Source of the DNA: Prorocentrum cordatum
Taxonomy: Eukaryota
Assembly: GCA_963575745.1 (NCBI GenBank)
Contig: CAUYUJ010000225.1
Span: 1,116,001-1,180,000, forward strand
Direction of reading: 5' to 3'
Length of the DNA stretch: 64,000 bases
The translations under genes and the position numbers were made by a program. The number at the start of each line of letters is the position of its first letter. Position 1 is the stretch's first letter. This document shows positions 62,589-64,000 of the stretch, piece after piece. The notes under the pieces were generated by a model. It searched no databases and was not told the origin of the DNA. It saw only the letters and a list, made by a program, of their open reading frames with translations.

Positions 62589-63945
62589 GCATCATCATCA
62601 TCAGCAGCATCATCATCGTCAGCATCATCATCAGCGCCATCAACACCATCATACTATGTAGCAGCATCAACATCATCATCATCATCGCAATCATCAACAG
62701 CAGCATCAGCATCACCATCAGCCTAATCGTCATCATCATCATCATCAGCATCATCAGCATTATCATCACCATTACAATCATCAACATCATCATCAGCCTC
62801 ATCATCAGCATCATCATAAACAGCATCATCCTCATCATCAGCGTCATCCTCATCCTCATCCTCATCATCATCAACAACATCTGCATCAGCATCAGCATCA
62901 TCAACATCAGCACTCTCATCATCGTGCTCGTCCTCCTCATCATCCTCCTCAGCATCATCATCAGCAGCATCGTCATCCGCATCGCCAGCCTCAGCATCAG
63001 CAGCATCAGCATCCTCACCATCATCAGAGCAGCAGCATCATTATCAGTATCGACATCTGCATCATCATCATCACCTTCAGAATCCGCACCATCATCAACA
63101 TCATCGTCGTCATCATCATCACCATCATCATGGCCATCGGAATCATCGTTATTGTCATCGCCAATCATGGAACATAACATGAGACGAATGGTCAGTCTCC
63201 CTCGTGGGCAAGAGGGCGGCAACCAAGAACATCAACGACGAACCAAACCACAAAACAACGACAACGTTTGTCTCCTCCAAACCGTCAGGGAGAGGGGCCC
63301 CTCCCCCTCCTCCTCCTCCTCCTCCTCTGACGCGCTCTTCCTCCTCATCGTCCTCTTCCTCGTCCTCCTCCTCCTCTTCCTCCTCCTCCTCCTCCTTCTC
63401 CTCCTCTCCTCCAAACCGTCAAGGAGAAGGGCCCCTCCTCCTCCTCCTCCTCCTCCGTTGATGCGCTCCTCCTCCTCCTCGTCCTCCTCATCTTCCTCCT
63501 CCTCTCCTCCAAATCGTCAGGCAGAGGGGCCCCTCCTCCTCCTCCTCCTCCTCGTCCTCCTCATCCGACAAGCTCGACTTCGCTGGCCCTCGCTCCTCGA
63601 CGGCGAAGGCGGGCAGGGCCGCCGCAACGGGAGCCAGCCCAGCGGCGGTGGCGACAGCGGCGCCTCGGCCGAGCAGCGCCGCGGCAGAGCGAGTTCGCAG
63701 TGGGCTGCTATCCCCTTTGACTTCATCCATATGAGCGTGTTTCGTCCAACCCCTGGGTTTTCTTGTTTTACTCCTCATCATACGCCTCCTCCAACGGGTG
63801 CCCCCTCCCTCACCATCTTCTTATTATCCTTCTTATTCGTCCTCCTCCTCCTCCTCCTCCTCCTCCTCCTCCGTATCATCATCATCAGCATCATCCTCCT
63901 CCTCATAATCATACTCATACTCATCACCATCACCATCACCATCAC

Positions 63946-64000
<55 letters not shown>
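61360..64000. repeat. (ATC)n/(CCT)n-rich region with a recurrent ctccaaaccgtca(a/g)gg motif
   Basis: Directly visible; the motif recurs about 8 times from 62141 to ~63520. Confidence 0.9.

Overview
This window is repeat-rich eukaryotic nuclear DNA. Relict dinoflagellate spliced-leader (DinoSL) motifs, candidate GA/GC splice donors and Copia-type elements point to a dinoflagellate; the GC-rich CCAAGA satellite suggests Prorocentrum, by inference only. Main contents: (1) ~1.25-12.0 kb, minus strand: a decayed LTR-retrotransposon-type polyprotein with the order Gag - CCHC knuckle - Tpt1/KptA RNA 2'-phosphotransferase-like domain - RING-H2 finger - aspartic protease, split by a 1.7-kb insert with a 12-bp target duplication. 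(2) 13.3-16.1 kb, plus strand: a gag-protease fragment. (3) 19.6-27.2 kb, minus strand: an OafA/OatA-like acyltransferase-3 + SGNH gene with a relict DinoSL upstream. It is interrupted by four different small inverted-repeat elements, two of which form precise GT-AG or GA-AG introns (introner-like), and by a large repeat-filled intron. (4) 35.3-55.2 kb: a three-level nest. An RT-less LTR element contains a Copia element with a C5-methyltransferase-like domain between protease and integrase, and that Copia contains an AT-TSD TIR element. Removing each of the two inner insertions restores the host reading frame. (5) Abundant microsatellites, tandem arrays (159, 72, ~860, 283 bp units) and Helitron-like termini. 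No rRNA, tRNA or CRISPR was seen. All calls come from manual reading, with no database searches.
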